The notes beneath the pieces are model-generated. The model was not told the origin of the DNA. It searched no databases and worked only from the letters and a program-made list of their open reading frames with translations. The translations under genes were made by a program, and so were the position numbers. A stretch of 64,000 nt of DNA from Phoronis australis (taxonomy: Eukaryota; Animalia; Phoronida), in contig NMRA01000302.1 in assembly GCA_002633005.1 (NCBI GenBank), positions 80,589 to 144,588 on the forward strand. The letters are read 5' to 3'. How positions within the stretch are numbered: the first letter of the stretch is position 1; each line of letters starts with the position of its first letter. This document shows positions 62,801 through 64,000 of this stretch, in pieces.

Positions 62801-63712
62801 GCTTTTACAGTTTCATGACAATCTTTTTATGCAACGGTCCCTAAAATTTAGGGACGTCCCTAAAATTTAGGGACGTCCCTAAGACTTAAGGACATCCCTA
62901 ACATTTAGGGACTGTTTCATGCAACCGGGCACTGTTCCTCAATTCAAAGGAGCTTAATGGTTGTGATAGTCTCTTGCATCTAGTAAGAAATTTTAATCAG
63001 TGCATGACATCTAGCTTGACGCACTTGGCGACTTGGCGAAAATTACAGGTCTCCAAAACTGACGTCGAAAAAAAACACTGTAATCTGTTGAACTCTGAAA
63101 ATTACGCATTGCTCTTCCATTTCTCTCTAAATCAATTCTTGGTAACGAAGAATGCAAATGATTGCATACTCTGGTGGCACTTGTTTCTTGGTCCGATTTT
63201 TGCCGAGCAATTCCGACTTCTGTCTGTTTGATGTTTGCTGGCTGCTGAGAGATTTCACGAAATAAACAGAGCAGTTGTGAACCAAAAGTATTAAATCTAG
63301 GAAAATTGTTACTAATTTAAAGTTTGGAACTTACCACAAACTTTGAAACAAATTTTGAGGAGTTATTATCCGACTTTGATACTCGCTGTGGCTTCTATGT
63401 GGCGACTTTTTTCCGAGGTCACCAAACGCAATCTGATGTCGCATCTGTGACGTGCATGTCCCCATATCTGTTAATTTCCTGTAAAAGGTATGATAATATG
63501 ACATCTAGATTTCATTATTTTTGGAATCTCTTGTTATTTGACTGTATTCTGAATTACCATGACTGGAGATGATGGACTGATACGTTTCTATGGCAACAGC
63601 CACTTCAAATGTTAAAGGTTAAGACAAGTCCTTAACGTACCTCTAGGGGATACCACCAAACTTCTAACAGGTTCTGCAGACAACACATGTAGGCTGTGGG
63701 ATTGTGAAACAG
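59892..63712 (+). CDS. EIF3I: Eukaryotic translation initiation factor 3 subunit I, 5' part (continues beyond window)
   Basis: Exons 59892-59894 (ATG only), 60303-60483, 63647-63712: [27 protein letters not shown]...[35 protein letters not shown]. Confidence 0.95.
60050..60271 (+). ncRNA. Candidate intronic H/ACA-like RNA
   Basis: Two long hairpins (60061-60152 and 60161-60265) followed by ACA at 60266-60268; higher GC than the surrounding intron; no canonical H box in the hinge. Confidence 0.45.
61100..62700 (+). repeat. Repeat block with about 10 dispersed TGTAGTGTACGTACCC motifs and a duplicated unit of about 340 bp
   Basis: Motif at about 61102, 61255, 61275, 61434 (degenerate), 61614, 61773, 61943, 61962, 62307, 62679; 61275-61610 resembles 61614-61940. 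Confidence 0.7.
62837..62912. repeat. 4 x 19-bp palindromic tandem repeat (probable MITE end)
   Basis: GTCCCTAAAATTTAGGGAC twice exact and twice degenerate, followed by TTTCATGCAACCGGGC. Confidence 0.8.
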
Positions 63713-63719
63713 GTACGTG

Positions 63720-63882
63720 GAGCTCTTGAGGTAGGCGCAGGTATACACTTTAATCTGATAAAATGACCTGGAATTTCTAGTCATGACTGTAGAGCAAGGT
63801 GGAATTCTCTGTCATTGCCATCATAGTGATCATAGGTAGATACATCCTACCTGCATGTAGAGTATCTGACGTGTGTACACTT
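63720..63882 (+). ncRNA. Candidate intronic H/ACA snoRNA
   Basis: 5' hairpin (CAGGT/ACCTG), H box AGAGCA at 63791-63796, 3' hairpin AGATAC..CTAC/GTAG..GTATCT, ACA at 63877-63879. Confidence 0.45.
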
Positions 63883-64000
63883 TATTGGAATGTTGTTGTG
63901 TGTAAGTTATGGTGGTTGCTTGGGTTTTGTTAGGTGTGCTATACTGTTTGAAGACATGTCTTGTGATGTAGAAGTTTGAAAAGCTATTTCTGCCATTCTT

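Larger units (their letters stand above)
60484..63646 (+). other. U12-type (minor spliceosome) GT-AG intron
   Basis: 5' site GTATCCTT at 60484; branch point TCCTTAAC at 63629-63636, 10 nt before the end of the AG; no polypyrimidine tract. Confidence 0.92.

Noticed and set aside
62837-62912. CRISPR-like palindromic repeats (also 28338-28457 and 61100-62700)
   Set aside because: No unique spacers of regular length, no cas genes, eukaryotic intron context.

Overview
Animal (bilaterian invertebrate-like) genomic DNA, AT-rich, with spliced genes assembled by hand from GT-AG boundaries and intron phase. Left to right: a decayed P2X7-ballast-like gene (1.9-3.6 kb, -); a head-to-head pair of Ig-superfamily genes (a nephrin/hemicentin-like gene whose visible model stops mid-domain, -, and a complete 2-Ig GPI-anchored gene, +); CR1/L2 and Tx1/L1 LINE debris; a DMRTA-class gene (DM + DMA domains, -) in about 30 kb of gene-poor sequence; then a compact housekeeping cluster WDR55(-), TMEM234(-) and EIF3I(+). 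The most striking observation is that the TMEM234 stop codon lies only 69 nt before the WDR55 ATG on the same strand, with no AATAAA in between and no out-of-frame ATG anywhere in the upstream cistron, which suggests a dicistronic or operon-like TMEM234-WDR55 transcript driven by a promoter shared with EIF3I. The same cluster holds an inverted Penelope-like element with two hammerhead ribozyme motifs, a 42-bp repeat that triplicates a splice donor, a U12-type intron, two candidate intronic H/ACA-like RNAs, a hAT element and a repeat carrying an array of co-oriented CTCF-like motifs. No CRISPR array or rRNA is present. Single Ns at 16522, 18722 and 59439 mark assembly joins. All family assignments come from recalled motifs and not from database searches.
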